Of a DNA stretch of 44,961 bases, positions 43,828-44,961 are shown piece after piece. The position numbers were made by a program, and so were the translations under genes. The notes beneath the pieces were generated by a model. The model searched no databases, was not told the origin of the DNA, and worked only from the letters and a program-made list of their open reading frames with translations. How positions within the stretch are numbered: position 1 is the first letter of the stretch; every line of letters begins with the position of its first letter. The stretch is from Pseudomonadota bacterium (GTDB lineage Bacteria > Bdellovibrionota_C > UBA2361 > OMII01), in the NCBI GenBank assembly GCA_900299035.1, contig OMIG01000272.1, positions 1-44,961 of the forward strand. The letters are read 5' to 3'.

Positions 43828-44610
43828 CTACTTCTGAACGCGTGCGCTGGTCTCCCGTATCTTCATAAATCTTCGAGAGCCGTCCTCCAGCTTGATGAGG
43901 ACGATGCTGCCGTCAGGAAACTCCCCTCCGGGCTTTGAGAAGCGGAAGTGCTCGCGACCGCCATTCCCATTTCCGGAGTACCTTCCTGATTGCAGCGTTC
44001 GGGAGCCGTCAGGCGAAAGAATCGCAACAGCTCTCACCTTGCCTGTTAAGTGAGGGGGCAAGAGAACCGCTAATTTGCCGTCTTTGTCAGAGACTGGCTT
44101 CCAAAGAAAGCCGGAAGTTCGCTCAAGCGGCTGTCCCCGGTCGACGAGCGCGGCAGCCATCTCAGGAGCGGACGTGAGAGGCTCGGAGCCCATAGCCGCC
44201 GGCTCTGAAGCTACAGGCTCTTCTGGAGCAGGTGTTTCATCGACTGGGACAACGCTTGGCACGTCTGCGGGCACCCCCGGTGCTTCCGGGGGCGATTGCG
44301 GCGCAGCCGGTGCTATCGTATTCGCGTCCTTTTGTGGCTGTTTGTTGTAGGCTTCTTTCAGGGCGGTGAAGGCTTCGACAAGCTTCGAAATAGCTCGGAT
44401 GATCTTCTCAATACTTTCTGGAGAGAAATGTCGAGCTGAAGACGCTTTCCCTTTTACTTTCGGGGTGCTGGTTTCAAGAGCCGACTGTAAGCTCGGCTCA
44501 ATCGTCGGAGAGGCCGACGTGCCATCGTTAGTTGAGACGGTTGCCTGGACAGTTTCCGCTTCGGTCGGGGTGATAGGTGAGGGGGTAGCTTGATCGGTTG
44601 CCGTAATCAT
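43828..44610 (-). CDS. Hypothetical Thr/Ser/Pro-rich protein with C-terminal beta-rich domain
   Basis: AAGGAG lies 9 nt upstream of ATG 44610. No Sec signal. One amphipathic helix (SIEKIIRAISKLVEAFTALKEAY), Pro-rich linker, C-terminal GFLWKPVSDKDGKLAVLLPP...GNGNGGREHFRFSKPGGEFPDGSIVLIKLEDG. Confidence 0.55.
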   Translation of the reverse strand: MITATDQATPSPITPTEAETVQATVSTNDGTSASPTIEPSLQSALETSTPKVKGKASSARHFSPESIEKIIRAISKLVEAFTALKEAYNKQPQKDANTIAPAAPQSPPEAPGVPADVPSVVPVDETPAPEEPVASEPAAMGSEPLTSAPEMAAALVDRGQPLERTSGFLWKPVSDKDGKLAVLLPPHLTGKVRAVAILSPDGSRTLQSGRYSGNGNGGREHFRFSKPGGEFPDGSIVLIKLEDGSRRFMKIRETSARVQK

Positions 44611-44812
44611 TGTGAGTAACTCCTTAGTAAAATAGTTGGGCAACGTGACGCCCTCTTGGAACCAGAGGAGGGGTTGTCTTGCCTTTAAAAGGTAGGTTCG
44701 CAGGTCGTCAGCGAAAGTTGCCCAGGAGGTGGGGCGTGCTTGAGCGCTGCCTCCTCTCAAAGAGGCAGAAAGCTCCTTGGTATAAACGTATTGGGGGTTT
44801 TTAGGTCCGCTC

Positions 44813-44961
44813 CAAAGCCGAGATAGGAGCTACGCCGGGTTCTTAGGGGAGGTGCCCCTAAGCCGTCATCGAGGTCTTGGCGCAGCCAAGCCGAGATAGG
44901 AGCTACACAGGGTTCTTAGGGGAGGTGCCCCTAAGCCGTCATCGAGGTCTTGGCGCAGCCA
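44813..44961 (+). repeat. Double-hairpin intergenic repeat family, locus B: tandem 73-bp units running off the right window edge
   Basis: Units 44816-44888 and 44889-44961 differ at 2 positions. Each contains CTTAGGGG-aggtg-CCCCTAAG and CTTGGC-gca-GCCAAG. A partial unit precedes them. Confidence 0.9.

Noticed and set aside
44813-44961. Possible CRISPR array, because of regularly spaced palindromic repeats at the window edge
   Set aside because: The whole 73-bp period is repeated nearly identically and there are no unique spacers between repeats. No cas genes are in the window. It is a tandem repeat, not a CRISPR array.

Overview
Moderately high-GC chromosomal segment from a flagellated diderm bacterium (kdsB, DegP/HtrA, TonB-like protein, TatA, a sigma54-type promoter ahead of hook genes). 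The phylum cannot be assigned without a database search. About 43 protein genes and one tRNA are densely packed, and most are housekeeping. They include M28 peptidase (partial), IHF/HU, SWIM-SNF2 helicase, serA, hemY-hemH, tatA, rlmB-scpA-scpB-rluB, an initiator-like tRNA-Met, galM-like epimerase, SGNH hydrolase and fliK-flgD-flgE. Further on are meaB, pirin, an acyl-CoA dehydrogenase coupled to a membrane HdrD-like Fe-S oxidoreductase, a CNNM/TlyC transporter, an EVE-domain protein, map, degP, rplM-rpsI, pheA, kdsB and a histidine phosphatase. I found no CRISPR array, transposase, integrase, toxin-antitoxin pair or recognisable defence operon, so no complete novel system can be claimed from sequence alone. 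The features that ordinary annotation does not explain are listed here. (1) A dispersed and tandem 73-81 bp intergenic repeat family with two conserved hairpins. It abuts the tRNA at 17.1 kb, runs off the right window edge at 44.8 kb, and has a degenerate relic at 11.8 kb. (2) A signal-peptide-less Ser/Thr-rich protein with a C-terminal GDPH (DUF1521/MIIA-like) putative autocleavage module, close to the hook genes. (3) A second protein of similar architecture directly downstream of the repeat array. (4) A PHP-fold protein with every metal ligand substituted, in an apparent operon with a coiled-coil protein, an EVE protein and map. (5) A two-gene module of unknown function at 38.1-40.1 kb. (6) An initiator-like tRNA with non-canonical identity elements. 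All functional calls rest on motif recognition by eye, and start codons are approximate where noted.
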